A stretch of 61,679 nt of DNA, counting the filler, from Asterionella formosa (taxonomy: Eukaryota), in the NCBI GenBank assembly GCA_002256025.1. It is 16 parts of 16 records of this genome, joined end to end, with 100 filler letters (N's around TTAATTAATTAA, not from the genome) between each part and the next. Parts side by side here need not be neighbours in the genome. Positions count along the whole stretch, not along the records: positions 11,623 to 15,390 come from NKIB01013916.1; positions 15,491 to 19,256 come from NKIB01013917.1; positions 19,357 to 23,121 come from NKIB01013919.1; positions 23,222 to 26,985 come from NKIB01013920.1; 12 more parts are not named here. The stretch is one strand, 5' to 3'. Shown here piece after piece: positions 12,817-25,178 of the stretch (within the stretch, counting starts at the first letter, position 1; each line of letters opens with the position of its first letter). Both the position numbers and the translations under genes were made by a program. Below the pieces are notes generated by a model. The model ran no database searches and was not told the DNA's origin. It saw nothing but the letters and a program-made list of their open reading frames with translations.

Positions 12817-14390
12817 ATGTCGTCTTTCCTTGTTTTAGCTATATATGTGCCAGCATGTGTATTTTGTAAACACTACGCTGGCGGAACATGCATATTACAC
12901 TGTGCTCTGTTCAACAATTACTACACTCGGTTACCATCACACCAGTTCCACCTCCACAAGCGCCGCAATAAGCTCCGCGAAAAGGTCCGCGTTTCCCTTC
13001 CACTGTTTTACATCATTGTTTTCTGGCCTTTTGACAACTTTCCAAATGGCATTTCACGGATTTCATGGAAAGCATCAGTCAAACAAGAAACGAGACTTAC
13101 TTCCATTGTTTACACTACACGACTTTATGTTTTCGGAAAAGAAGATGAAGAAAGTTATGAAATCAATCGAAGATTCCTTTGAATACACTAAAAGATCAAA
13201 TGAATTTGAACAGATTCATAATACTCCAGAAAAAGCAAGTATGCCGATACAATTGTGGCTGAGATTGAAAAGAAGGAAAGATTGCTTTCGAAGAGGAAAC
13301 CCAAACAGTTGGTCTTCGTGGATGAAGACTCTATTCGTACAGAGTCACAGTTCCACCATCCAGTGTCGTATTTTGCTCCTCATTCTCGCGAAATCGCTGA
13401 TAATGAAGAAGAACTCAGTGATTCTCATTCATTTGATGAACAAATTCATGCGATGAATGAAAATATCGGCGGAAATGTGGCAGACAACACTTCTGAAGTA
13501 GAATGGTTGAAAAGTTGCAAAACCAAGAAACATATCTCACTATGCGTCCAGAACATCAAGATGAACATCATAAAAGCAGAGAAACCATTGCATTTCTAAA
13601 AGAAAAGATATTCAAGAAAAAGTCTGAGCTAGATCAAGACCTCGAATTCAAGAAGATCAATGCAGACAGAGATGTGATGACCATGCTGGCTAAGGCAGTT
13701 GATGCTCTGAATAGGGAACGAAGTCAGAAACACAAAATTGAATCTTTTTCCAAATCATACATGGAAGAAAAAGAATTTCTTTGTAAAATCACTGAAAACA
13801 ATCCCGAAGGCAGCTAGCCTGCTTTTGTGAAATGTGTAGACTTATTATGCCAAAGCAAACGGCATCTTCCTTGAGTATGCCGGAATCGCATGGACAACTA
13901 AAATTGTGGAAAGATTTGTACACTTGTAAACCCGCAAGATATCTGCAATTACGCCTCTGTATTTTATGGAGTCAAAGGTATCAAAAAATCATCCTCAGAT
14001 CATTTTAAAGATCTTGCATATTGGGACCTTGAAACAATTACCTTTATGATCCATTATATAATTCATGAACTTCATCCAACTGAGGTAAAGGTTATATTTG
14101 ATCTTGATGAGAACCCAGAAAAGGGTAATAACAATTCATATATATACCAAGGTGATTGTCATCCACTTCATCACGAAAGTAACTATGTGCTAATTGTGAA
14201 TTGCAAAAGATCAGATGAGGAGGAAAAGAATCATTTTGTGCATTATCTTTTTGCTATAAATGATGGATTATGCCAAGTCCGTGATCCAGGAAAAGATGCA
14301 AGTTTGGATGAACATTATGATCAAGTATTTCACCTTTCCCGTAAGTACTGCGTCATCCCCGGATGCAGAAAAGAGTTGGAATTGTTTTGA
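12817..14390 (+). pseudogene. Frameshifted ORF of unknown family, probably transposon cargo
   Basis: Five overlapping same-strand ORF fragments in staggered frames (12763, 12845, 13255, 13503, 14046), with Cys/His-rich start and charged helical middle; flanked by motif-rich AT tracts. Confidence 0.45.
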
Positions 14391-14587
14391 ACCGATACAG
14401 GATATCTTCCATGAAGTGACCATCACGTAAATAAGCCTAGTTGATTTTGAATGGATCACATGAATTAATTGAATACATCAAAATGCTTACTTGAATATAT
14501 CTATATATTATCTGAATACATCACGTTCATTATGTGATCAGAGTATCATGCATGCATTCCTGATCATCACTATATTACGTGATCACT

Positions 14588-14723
14588 TTCACATAATTAT
14601 TTGAAATACTTCACATAATTTTTTGAAATACTTCACATAATTATTTGAAATACTTCACATAATTATTTGAAATACTTCACATAATTTTTTGAAATACTTC
14701 ACATAATTATTTGAAATACTTCA
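14588..14723. repeat. 22-bp tandem repeat, 6.2 copies, near-palindromic unit
   Basis: TTCACATAATT(A/T)TTTGAAATAC units start at 14588, 14610, 14632, 14654, 14676, 14698. Confidence 0.98.
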
Positions 14724-15205
14724 ATTAATTCTGTAATTCAGTTCACATTGTCTTAAATTTTTGTTCACGTAATTCTATAATATAGTTCACGTGATTTATT
14801 AAATTTTTACGTAATTTAAAAGTACTATCAAATAATGTTGATCACTAATTCAACAACCGGTTTTTCACATTACATGGGAAACAAATCTCGATATGCAATC
14901 AAACAAAGCTGTTCTATCAGAATGGAATCTTCAGTCTTGAGAAGGCAGGCATTATGAGACATCTGTAAGGACATTGCAAGACAAGGAGAAGCCATTCATT
15001 CAGAAGGGGAAAATTATTCACTCTTGAACAGGCATCATTCTACGAAGTTGCAACATGAATGCATCCTCACACACTGATTTCCTTCTTGTACTTGAAATGA
15101 CTTCTTCATTGACCTGCAGAGATTTTCAAAACAACAGTGTGTCAGTAATGTATTTGATAGAACTAGCAACAGCAGAAAGTAACACACAGTTCATTCCGGA
15201 CTTCA

Positions 15206-15312
15206 TTGTCCCTGCCTGTTGTCAACAACAATGCGTGAGCTGACAAGCCATACTAGCATTTAGGTACACAACAAGAACACACTCACCATTCAACTGTATT
15301 GCAGAGTTCTTT
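15206..15312 (-). repeat. 107-bp block identical to 44162-44268, containing a 71-nt intron-like sequence
   Basis: Minus strand GTGAGT...CTCAC...ACAG at 15286-15216 and 44242-44172; partial third copy at 44408-44477. Confidence 0.9.
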
Positions 15313-15656
15313 CATTTGAGTCAAGGATTCAATTGACATTGCAGCAACCTATGCAGTTACAGAAACAATGAGAAGGAATGATTTGTTAGCNNNNNNNNNN
15401 NNNNNNNNNNNNNNNNNNNNNNNNNNNNNNNNNNTTAATTAATTAANNNNNNNNNNNNNNNNNNNNNNNNNNNNNNNNNNNNNNNNNNNNAGTACTAACT
15501 AGTAACGTAAGAACAAATGATATTTATGATGAATCACAGTATGTACGTACATTTTATCATGTTGGACAAGTGTGAAATTCCTGCCGTTGCTGTCCACATA
15601 GCGATTATGCAAGACAACGACCACAGGCCCTGCCAAATCCATCGAACGATCGAACG

Positions 15657-16668
15657 ATGAAGTCTTCCATTAACAGAACAATTTGGATCATGGCGATGAG
15701 TGCTATTCTGTCCCAGGCCTTCGTTAGAAAGCTGCCAAACAGCAGGCGTAACCTGTCAACAACAACAATGGCCATGATGGGCGAGACAAAGAAGGGAAAG
15801 CTCTTAGTATTGGGTGGGACAGGTAGGATGAAGGGAGACCCTCACATGTTGCACATGATGATGCTTCTTTACGTAATTTAAACTCACACAACTAATGCAA
15901 TATCACGTATACATATACGAAGGCTTCCTCGGTCAAACGATTTGCAAACGAGCCATTCTGGAAGGATACGAAGTTACCAGCCTCTCCAGGCGAGGACTCC
16001 CGCCTACTGGAGTCACACCAGCCACAAAAACTATTGACTACCGAAAGGGTGATGCTAGACAAATGGAAGCCGTGACTAATATTCTCAGCGAGGGGGGATA
16101 TTCGGGTATTGTGCATTGTATTGGCTTGCTACTCGACAGCGAATCAGGTCTTGGGGAATACAATGTGTTCGTATCCGGATCGGGCTCGCTACTTGACAGT
16201 AAATCGACGTATGACACAATAACTCGTATCACAGCGTTCAATGCTATTGATGCGGCTTTGGATTATGCAGTGACGGCTGGACTCGAAAAGCCACTCCCTT
16301 TCTGCTTTACTTCGGCAGCAGAAGCTGGATGGCCCGATGTACTGGGTGGACCTCAAATAGAAAAGTTTTTGGCACCAGAATGGTTGAGAAGGTATCTGAC
16401 AGCTAAACGTGCTGTTGAGAAAAAGCTGTTAGGATCAACTCCTCAGTTGAGACCCGTCATTGTGCGTCCTTCGCTGATCTATAGCTTGGACAGGCCAGCA
16501 AGCTATGTTCCAGTTGGTGCTTTTTTCCTTGGAAACAGTGTTGGTTTGCCATTTGTCGATCGTCCAGTTACAGTGCAAGCTCTTAGTTGTGCCATTGTGC
16601 GAGCAATGGATAGAGACAGTGTCAGCGGAATTCTAAGATATTCAGAAATCGAGGAGCTAAGTCAGTGA
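15657..16668 (+). CDS. Atypical SDR / NAD(P)-binding Rossmann protein, Coq11-like; exons 15657-15822 and 15923-16668
   Basis: Splicing the 100-nt GTAGG..ACTAAT..GAAG intron restores KLLVLGGTGFLGQTIC; also SLSRRG, SAA, RYLTAKRAVE, RPSLIY. N-terminus resembles signal peptide + SQA-FV plastid transit. Confidence 0.88.
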
Positions 16669-17111
16669 GCTAAGTCAGTGCAAGGACTTCAGATTACTCG
16701 AACTAGCTGATTGGAAGTCAACATACTTTCATCAACATGCTACGATTCCTACTGACGAATCTACCACAGAAGATATGATTTAGTTAACCTCCTTGCAGCT
16801 AGACTACGACCAGCAATTGTCGTATTTTTTGGAAGTAACTAATGTGCGCTTGGGAGGGAAACTACACCTAGTCAATCTCTCTGAATAGTTACTGCCGACT
16901 GCAACCCTGACAAGGAAAGCTGATAATAATTTTATTTGCGCATCAAAAAGTAATGACCATGTCGTGATTGGTACCAGAATCGCAAAGTAAACGGGAATTT
17001 CAGATGGTGTTTCTTTTGATAATCCAGTCGACAATGGCTTCATCCTTTCTCGGTCAATTAGGACAGCATGCTTCGATGTGTGTCCATTATCAATGGAAGG
17101 GTCTAGGCTCT

Positions 17112-19255
17112 TCAGAATACTTTTTCAAGACGATGTAACCTTCTGATGTGTTGAGAACTAATGATTGCTTCAGCTGCTGCAGAAAATTGATACAGGCTCC
17201 CCATATCCTTCCATTGATCGACCTTCATGTNNNNNNNNNNNNNNNNNNNNNNNNNNNNNNNNNNNNNNNNNNNNNNNNNNNNNNNNNNNNNNNNNNNNNN
17301 NNNNNNNNNNNNNNNNNNNNNNNNNNNNNNNNNNNNNNNNNNNNNNNNNNNNNNNNNNNNNNNNNNNNNNNNNNNNNNNNNNNNNNNNNNNNNNNNNNNN
17401 NNNNNNNNNNNNNNNNNNNNNNNNNNNNNNNNNNNNNNNNNNNNNNNNNNNNNNNNNNNNNNNNNNNNNNNNNNNNNNNNNNNNNNNNNNNNNNNNNNNN
17501 NNNNNNNNNNNNNNNNNNNNNNNNNNNNNNNNNNNNNNNNNNNNNNNNNNNNNNNNNNNNNNNNNNNNNNNNNNNNNNNNNNNNNNNNNNNNNNNNNNNN
17601 NNNNNNNNNNNNNNNNNNNNNNNNNNNNNNNNNNNNNNNNNNNNNNNNNNNNNNNNNNNNNNNNNNNNNNNNNNNNNNNNNNNNNNNNNNNNNNNNNNNN
17701 NNNNNNNNNNNNNNNNNNNNNNNNNNNNNNNNNNNNNNNNNNNNNNNNNNNNNNNNNNNNNNNNNNNNNNNNNNNNNNNNNNNNNNNNNNNNNNNNNNNN
17801 NNNNNNNNNNNNNNNNNNNNNNNNNNNNNNNNNNNNNNNNNNNNNNNNNNNNNNNNNNNNNNNNNNNNNNNNNNNNNNNNNNNNNNNNNNNNNNNNNNNN
17901 NNNNNNNNNNNNNNNNNNNNNNNNNNNNNNNNNNNNNNNNNNNNNNNNATAACCGCGTAGGCGATGCCAGAGACCAAGATAAAGTCGTACACAGTGAAGT
18001 GCTTCGCGGCACCCTTACTCTGAGCTCGATATACCTCAATCACTGGAAGTAAACATGCAACTGTACTCCATTCCTGAAAGTGGAGGCCCAACTTTAATTG
18101 AGCGAATGTAATGCTGTGCAAGAGAACCTGGTTCTTCGCATTCTTTGCATCTTCGGTGAATGCAACTTGATCCATGATTGTTCCTGTCAAAATCATTGGA
18201 AATGTGGAGCGACCCTGAAAATTCAAGACTGCTTGGTGAGTTGGGGCAAGCATTGTTTTAATGCCATCCTGCTTAAATTCAAAGCATAGCTCTTCAATCG
18301 CTAGTATTTCGTCATCCATTTGATCCAGTGGAGTGCCAATACTGCCAAGAACCATAATGCGATTGTAAGCTGCAAGAAGACCAGTTCCGATCTCACTTGT
18401 GGCAAGTCCATTGGTGTAAGCCCGATACAAAGGGGCGACAAGAGTGTCGAGAGGCATTTTCCAATGATTTGTATAACAGCACACAACTAATATTGTGCGG
18501 GCCCCTACTTCCTGTGATTTCGTTGTTTCCAATAGGTGCATTGCCAGCCTACCAAAAGCAAACCCATCGTCATATCTCCCAACGAATGTTTTTATCATTC
18601 CGAAGGTGCCCACAGCTTGTGTGGACATCGCAGACAAACCGAAACGTAACGTGAAGCGCATCATCTCCAGAGAGACTAAGATGAATTCTCTCCCTTTCTC
18701 CAAGAAAAAGGCGCTGTAAGCCAAAATGCCCATAATTTTCATGCAAGCCAGCTTATCTTCGTCTTTCATTTCTGGTAATTTCAGAATGTCACTAATGTCT
18801 TTCGGTACTAGTGATGATGCGCGCACTAGACTTGTGATGATATGTATTGTTGATGGTTTCTTCGGAAACGAAATTTTGAATTGCAACAGAAACTTAAAGC
18901 CGAGATCCAATGCGTCCAATAGCCAACCTCGTGCTCTAAGAGACTCAATTTTTGCGTAGTATGCACGAAGGCAATCCCGACGCGAAACAGAAAAAGCCAG
19001 TACTTCATCAAATAACTCATTGCACATCAAGAAATCGCCTGAACAATATTCCATCTCTGCCCCCAAGCTCGCGAGTTCAAGTGCTAGATTGTAATACTTG
19101 CGCCACCTACATTCTTTCTCTAGCAATCCACGTGCTTTTCTCAGATATTGCGAGGCTGGAAAGTACGCAGACCTGGCTTTTGCTAATTTTGCTACCTTCA
19201 AATTCAATTTTGCCAACTCGACCTTCTGCCTTTCATCGGTCACAAAATTAAGTCC
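17112..19255 (-). CDS. C-terminal helical (TPR-like) region of a COG3899-type predicted ATPase; partial, spans an N gap
   Basis: ~435 aa open from the contig edge: ELAKLNLKVAKLAKARSAYFPASQYL..W.KYYNLALEL..AEMEYCSGDF..; after the gap a plausible end MKVDQW..EKVF* (TGA 17112-17114), whose linkage is inferred. Confidence 0.75.
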
Positions 19256-19974
19256 TNNNNNNNNNNNNNNNNNNNNNNNNNNNNNNNNNNNNNNNNNNNN
19301 TTAATTAATTAANNNNNNNNNNNNNNNNNNNNNNNNNNNNNNNNNNNNNNNNNNNNGAGCTGGGGGTTCAAATGCAGCAACCTGAAGGATACATATTGTC
19401 TACGATGAGAAAATATTGTCTACGATGAGAAAAGGCAGCATGCTATTGTTCTGACTGGTGTGATACTTCCATTGTAAGTGCGTGTACGGTGGTACAACAC
19501 ATAAACCGGTATACCTAAGATCTATGATAGGTGCAGGTTTTTGAGGGGAACCTTGGCACGTTGTAATACTTCTCTGCGAATCTGCATAAAACAACATATT
19601 TTTAATGAATAATATTTTTTACTTTTTTTTTATGTATATGCTTGACTTACAGGTACATTTTAGCCCTTTCATCACTCCCCCTACCTTTAGTCCAATCGTA
19701 TCTGTCCCACCATCGCAAACAATGTAATCCCAATCACAGACATGGTATTCAGAATCATTTCCATTATTTGGTAAACATGATATACTTGAAAAGTCTTGAA
19801 AGAAGATCACCAGTTGCATAATTAAAAATTGCCAAGGCACAGAATTGCAACAAAGTATAGTCTCTGACACTTTTATATAGTTTCGACTGCTCCATCCATC
19901 ATGTCAGTGCTTTTTGTTGTGAGGAGCCAGGAGTTGAAAGTGCTGTTCCATTATCAAATGATTGTTAAACCAAG

Positions 19975-20099
19975 AAATGAAACATTGGTGATGATGTAGG
20001 AGATGGGTCTGGCCGTTTGAGCTGCCATATGACAAATAGCAATGATGGCACCTAGTCTAAGATGCCAATCACCACAAATGTTGCCAAGACTCACTCTTT
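19975..20099 (-). mobile_element. Decayed BED zinc finger, likely hAT transposase N-terminus
   Basis: KSESWQHLW*LAS*TRCHHCYLSYGSSNGQTHLLHHHQC fits the BED pattern KS..W.HF...C..C..LSY....G.S.L..H...C. Confidence 0.6.
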
Positions 20100-21436
20100 A
20101 CCATTGACGCTGGCAATAGGCTTTTTCAATTGTTTCTTGGTCAAAAGTAGAGGCACTGGCAATTTCAGGATCATCGACAAGAGCACACAGCATTGAATAG
20201 TATTAGTGTTGCAGGTTCGCTCCAGCTGGCCATGTTCATCGTGAACCTTGTTGGTGCTAGCGGGAGCACTGATCATTGCAGAAAAATTAAAGCAACTTGT
20301 TTGATGTTACAGAGAATCTGGTCCTAGCTAGCTACCGGTAGCGCTACTATTAGCTACGTGTCAGGCTACATAGTACAGTAGGAGTGAGAGAGGAAATTGC
20401 GGAGACAAAACCGATACATACAGGCATTTCCTCTTATACCGGTATTCTAGACGCTACACTCTACACTATATACTCTCACCGGTATATCTGTTATTACATC
20501 AAATCTGATGAAATCCATTTTACCGTATGTAAAATTTGTTGGATCGACGTGATGTGATTGATGTTATGTAGAGATGCATCTGATGCTAACGGTAGTACAG
20601 TACGATACCCAGTACCAGGGGACCACAGTTTGAACCAGCTCATTACAAAGCGTCAAGACCACTCTATTTGGACCAGCATATACAGAATCGTGCATGCCTA
20701 TTGAGACGGGCAGGCGCAGGTCCGAACACTTGTCTTTGCATTGTTCCCTCATGTGCTTCCACCTGGAATCTTTTTTTAACGTAGAAAATATACCAATGAC
20801 GTAGATGATGACGTGTTTTCAGCACCTTTTATCAGATGTAAAAATGATACCAATATGCATACGGTACTATGTGAAGATATTAGCAATCATTCTGGCTGAG
20901 GAACCCCCAATGTGGAGCGACTTTTAATGTCCACTTCCACCTTCTAAAGATAATTCCATACCGGTACCGATCGAGATCTTTCCAATATACCTCATACCGC
21001 AACGACAGGTATTGTACTGATGTATCTGAATAGCTCGTACCACCTAATTAATTGCTCAAGCTGTCCTCATCAGTCATGCAACTATTTTACACAAGATTCA
21101 TCCTTTACTCTACTACATGTATATGAGTTTATGCACAGATGGTAGCTAATTTATACACTTTTTATACATAAATTCAATTATCCCAAAAGCCCTTTCATCA
21201 CCACTACGGCATATTACTTAAAATGTGTGTATCATATAATGCATTCATACAGATATTCATACATAACTACATAGATGATGAACAAAAGTTCCGGTATGAC
21301 TGAATGAATTTTTGGACCTTGCATGTAGAATTGAACGACATGAGATGGAAGCGAAAGAATTACAAACACATCCACAAAAAAGAAAAAGGCGTATTTAACA
21401 CACGTGCGAGAGATTAAACAACGAGAACAATCAAAC

Positions 21437-22585
21437 ATGTTTTCTATCGTACCTACATACAACCGTACCCACCATGATGCTCCAATTACATACAACCGTA
21501 CCCACCATGATGCTCCAATTACATACGCCCCTACCTACCATCACGCTCATATTTCGAATGTGTATGGCGAACGAGTAGAGTACGCAAGGATTGGACTCTG
21601 TCCTTATCATCCAGACATTCAGCTTCACAACAAGGACTGCTGCCCTATATGCGATCAATATCGTATGAATAACCAAGGGTATCCTGCCACTTCAATTCTG
21701 TTTGCGATTAATGCAATTTTTTCAAAGATGAAATTGAATGAACAGAATGCTAACATTCAAGAAGAAGGTCTCATGGAGCTTCGGAACTTGGCTGCGAATG
21801 ATGAAAACCACAGGGTGACAATTGCTGCAGCAGGAGGTATCACTACGATTCTGTCTGCAATGAAGACTCATTCCTCCATTGATACTGTGCAAGAGAATGG
21901 TTGTGCAGCACTTTTGAGCTTGGCTGTGAATGAAAACAACAGAGTGACGATTGCTGAAGCAGGAGGTATCACTACGATTCTGTCTGCAATGAAGACTCAT
22001 TCCTCCAATGCTACTGTGCAATACTATGGTTGTGGAGCACTTAGGAACTTAGCTACGAATGAAAAGAACAAGGTGACGATTGCTGAAGCAGGAGGTATCA
22101 CTACGATTCTGTCTGCTATGAAGACTCATTCCTCCAATGCTTCTGTGCAAGAGTATGGTTGTGCAGCACTTGATGACTTGGCTGATAGTAATGAAAACAA
22201 CAAGGTGGCCATTGCTGATGAAGGAGGTATCCCTCTGATTCTGTCAGCTATGAATAATTATTCATCCAATGCTAATGTACAACTCCAAGGTTGTGCAGCA
22301 TTTTGGAACTTGGCTGACAATAATGAAAACAACAAGGTGACGATCGCTGAAGCTGGAGGTATTCCTTCAATTCTGTCTGCAATGAAGACTCATTCCTCCA
22401 ATGCTAGGGTTCGAGAGCATGGTTGTGGAGCACTTTGGAAATTGGCTTTGAATAATGGCAGCAACAAGGTGACGATATCTGATGCTGGTGGAAAAGCCCT
22501 AATTGAGTCTGCTGTGCGAAATTACTCGTCCAATGCTGGTGTTCAAGAAAAAGGTAATGGAGCACTTTGCAATTTGTGGAAATGA
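21437..22585 (+). CDS. Intronless armadillo-repeat protein (6 repeats + cap) with N-terminal Cys/His motif
   Basis: 43-44-aa repeats SSNAxVQxxGCxALxxLAxNxxNKVTIAEAGGIxxILSAMKTH; ATG 21437 chosen because its upstream sequence aligns with the paralog ATG at 50689; 33-bp duplication encodes TYNRTHHDAPI x2. Confidence 0.9.
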   Translation: MFSIVPTYNRTHHDAPITYNRTHHDAPITYAPTYHHAHISNVYGERVEYARIGLCPYHPDIQLHNKDCCPICDQYRMNNQGYPATSILFAINAIFSKMKLNEQNANIQEEGLMELRNLAANDENHRVTIAAAGGITTILSAMKTHSSIDTVQENGCAALLSLAVNENNRVTIAEAGGITTILSAMKTHSSNATVQYYGCGALRNLATNEKNKVTIAEAGGITTILSAMKTHSSNASVQEYGCAALDDLADSNENNKVAIADEGGIPLILSAMNNYSSNANVQLQGCAAFWNLADNNENNKVTIAEAGGIPSILSAMKTHSSNARVREHGCGALWKLALNNGSNKVTISDAGGKALIESAVRNYSSNAGVQEKGNGALCNLWK

Positions 22586-23461
22586 TCATTATGGTTATAT
22601 TTAGGAGGATCAACTAGTATTTATTATTCTAATTACGGAACTGTTATGTTTTGATTATCAATAAGTAGGGTATGTTTTTGTTAAACTGTTTGTTGAAATT
22701 TACGTTTACACTCTTCTTTATGGATGTTTCCCTGATTATGATACATACATTCTGAGCGAGGCTTGTTTTGTAAACTCGTTCATTTTGCATACAGAAGGAT
22801 CCATCAACATGGACATGGAGATGGAGATGAATAGCACACTGTCACCATCTGGGGGTAGCCGGAATGAAACAAGTCCATATATAAAATGTATTCGCAACAG
22901 CAACAAATCAGACATGATTCCTCGGAGAAAGTGATGAGTGAGTACCAGGTACCTGTCGTATTCCAGTCGTCTTGGTCTACAGTATTAGGGGTTTCTTATA
23001 TATAGAGGAGGATCAGAACAGCTGGATATGTTCCGATCCTGAGAATTTGAGAAAAAGAAATACGTATGTTTGCATACCAAGTCAATTCAGTGATTACGTA
23101 TGCACTATTTACGTATGGAATNNNNNNNNNNNNNNNNNNNNNNNNNNNNNNNNNNNNNNNNNNNNTTAATTAATTAANNNNNNNNNNNNNNNNNNNNNNN
23201 NNNNNNNNNNNNNNNNNNNNNACACAGAATCCTGGTAGTTTGTCCGGTAGATTGAACTGATGGAGGACATACAGAAACCCTGTTTCTGTGTGTCCTCCAA
23301 TGTTTTCGGTGTGGCCAGACAAGAATCAAATAGAACGTTCGATTTTAGGTTAAGACTAACATGTCTAGTAGTAGAAATGTTGTGTTCCTGCTTGATAATG
23401 TATATATGTATGTAGTATAGTTGCTACATTAAGCAGAGCAGGGAACTATCAATCATTTCAT

Positions 23462-23695
23462 GGGCCATACCTTATTTGCGATGGTGGATATCTTTGCTAG
23501 CCATGTCTTGTATATCCTTAAAAAAACAGGACTTGATGGCAGTCAGACAATGAAGTGGTCAGCTATGCTTGAGTCTGTTTGCAAAGACATTGAAGGAGTC
23601 TTTGGTATTCTGAAAAAACGGTTTGCATTCCTAAAAGTTTTCAACCACATGCATCGTCATCAGAAGCATATTGACAATGCATTTGTCACTTGTTG
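23462..23695 (+). mobile_element. PIF/Harbinger (DDE_Tnp_4-like) transposase C-terminal remnant
   Basis: YLICDGGYLC*PCLVYP then frameshift to KTG...KWSAMLESVCKDIEGVFGILKKRF...IDNAFVTCC. Confidence 0.85.
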
Positions 23696-25178
23696 TAAGT
23701 TCTTATCTTCACGCTTTCGAGCTGCTTGAGACAGTGGATTGTTGCTTGCATCGCCGAGCACCTCTATTACATTAGGTGTCAACTGTGGGTCCCTGCGAAA
23801 AATTATAACTGTCAATGTAAGATAACATGGGCTCTTCTTGTATTTCCAGAACTGGTGTTGAAGCTCGTTTTCGATTTCCTGAGGGGTGAGGCTCAACTTG
23901 CTGTTCAAGGCCAATTTCTTTCTGAACTCTTTAATCAGCATGTCATGACATGTGTAGTGGAAGCGCGCCCTTGCCACTCTTCATAGATACAAAATTTACT
24001 GGCAACAAAGCGATAACAGCACACCGGAAAATCCAATGATGACATTGACAATGTGCTATTCTCGTCTTCAATCATACATCTAGCTACAACGCCGATTACT
24101 GGTACAGCCGTCATAAAAAAACCCTAGTCAAATATGATCACCCAAATTAATTATTTGGGTGGCCCAATATGACGAATTTAGCTACATACATAATTTAAGG
24201 GTATGACATCACAAAAAAATATAATGCATCATACAATATATATGGACGGAGTGAACTAAAATAGTTTTGACAACTTCCATTATTATTTTAGAAACCCACA
24301 TAATTTTTGGGGCCAACTGACAATATTTTCTGGTGACATGAAGAAAAATTTGTTCAGTAATAATCTCTATAATACAGTACTTTTCTCTACAATTCACAAC
24401 ATTTCCGTTCACAAATATTCTTCACTCTGACTACCATTAATTCTGTTAGTTTGCTCCCATTTTATCTTTACTTTGATCACATTAATACCTCAAGGTTAAA
24501 CAAATATATATGCCAGTCAAACAAATAATTATGTGTAACCAATTCACTTTTTCAATTTCATTCTACAATCGCAAAATCAATCAAATTAATCGCTTCGCTA
24601 TTTAGTTTATATTGATACTTTCTATAGAACGTGATTCTCAAACCAATATGACAAGCAATGGATGTTCATTCTTGTAGCTGGATGCTGTAACTAATCGCAA
24701 GATTGCTTGGCTACTCATAGTACTTGCAGGAATCCATGTTACTACTACCGGTAGATCAATTCATAGCAAATGAGCCGGCTGCTCATTCTCATTGCTCGGA
24801 TTGATTTTTTTTGTAGAAAGAGGGAAACATTTGCAGAGTGAGTTGATGAGAAAAAAAGTTACGAAGCCATGATTTCGGTTCTGCTGTGCTCCTTACCATG
24901 TTCCCCAATGGCCAACCCAGCCCTGATCATATGATTGTTTGCGATCAGTGAACAACAATCGCAGAGTGAGTTCATGAACAAACAATCGTTACAAAGGCAT
25001 CATTTTCGTTGTGCTTAGCTACCATGCCGCAGCCTGATTCCCAAAAAATCTCTCGCTCAACAGATTGATTGTCTGTAGACAAAGAACAGCGTTTGCAGAG
25101 TAAGTTTGTGATCAACAAGCAAGTAAGAAGCACACGATGTAGCCCTTTTTATAATTCATTACAAATAGCAATTCATGC

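Noticed and set aside
14588..14723. Palindromic repeats resembling a CRISPR array
   Set aside because: Units are contiguous with no unique spacers, there are no cas genes, and the context is eukaryotic.
17148..18052. Long ORFs across the N gap, and ORFs ending ...XXXLIN
   Set aside because: Artefacts of translating Ns and the linker.
23660..23977. Minus-strand ORF vaguely like a hAT dimerisation domain (FWKY...PLSQAA)
   Set aside because: Motif match too weak to call.
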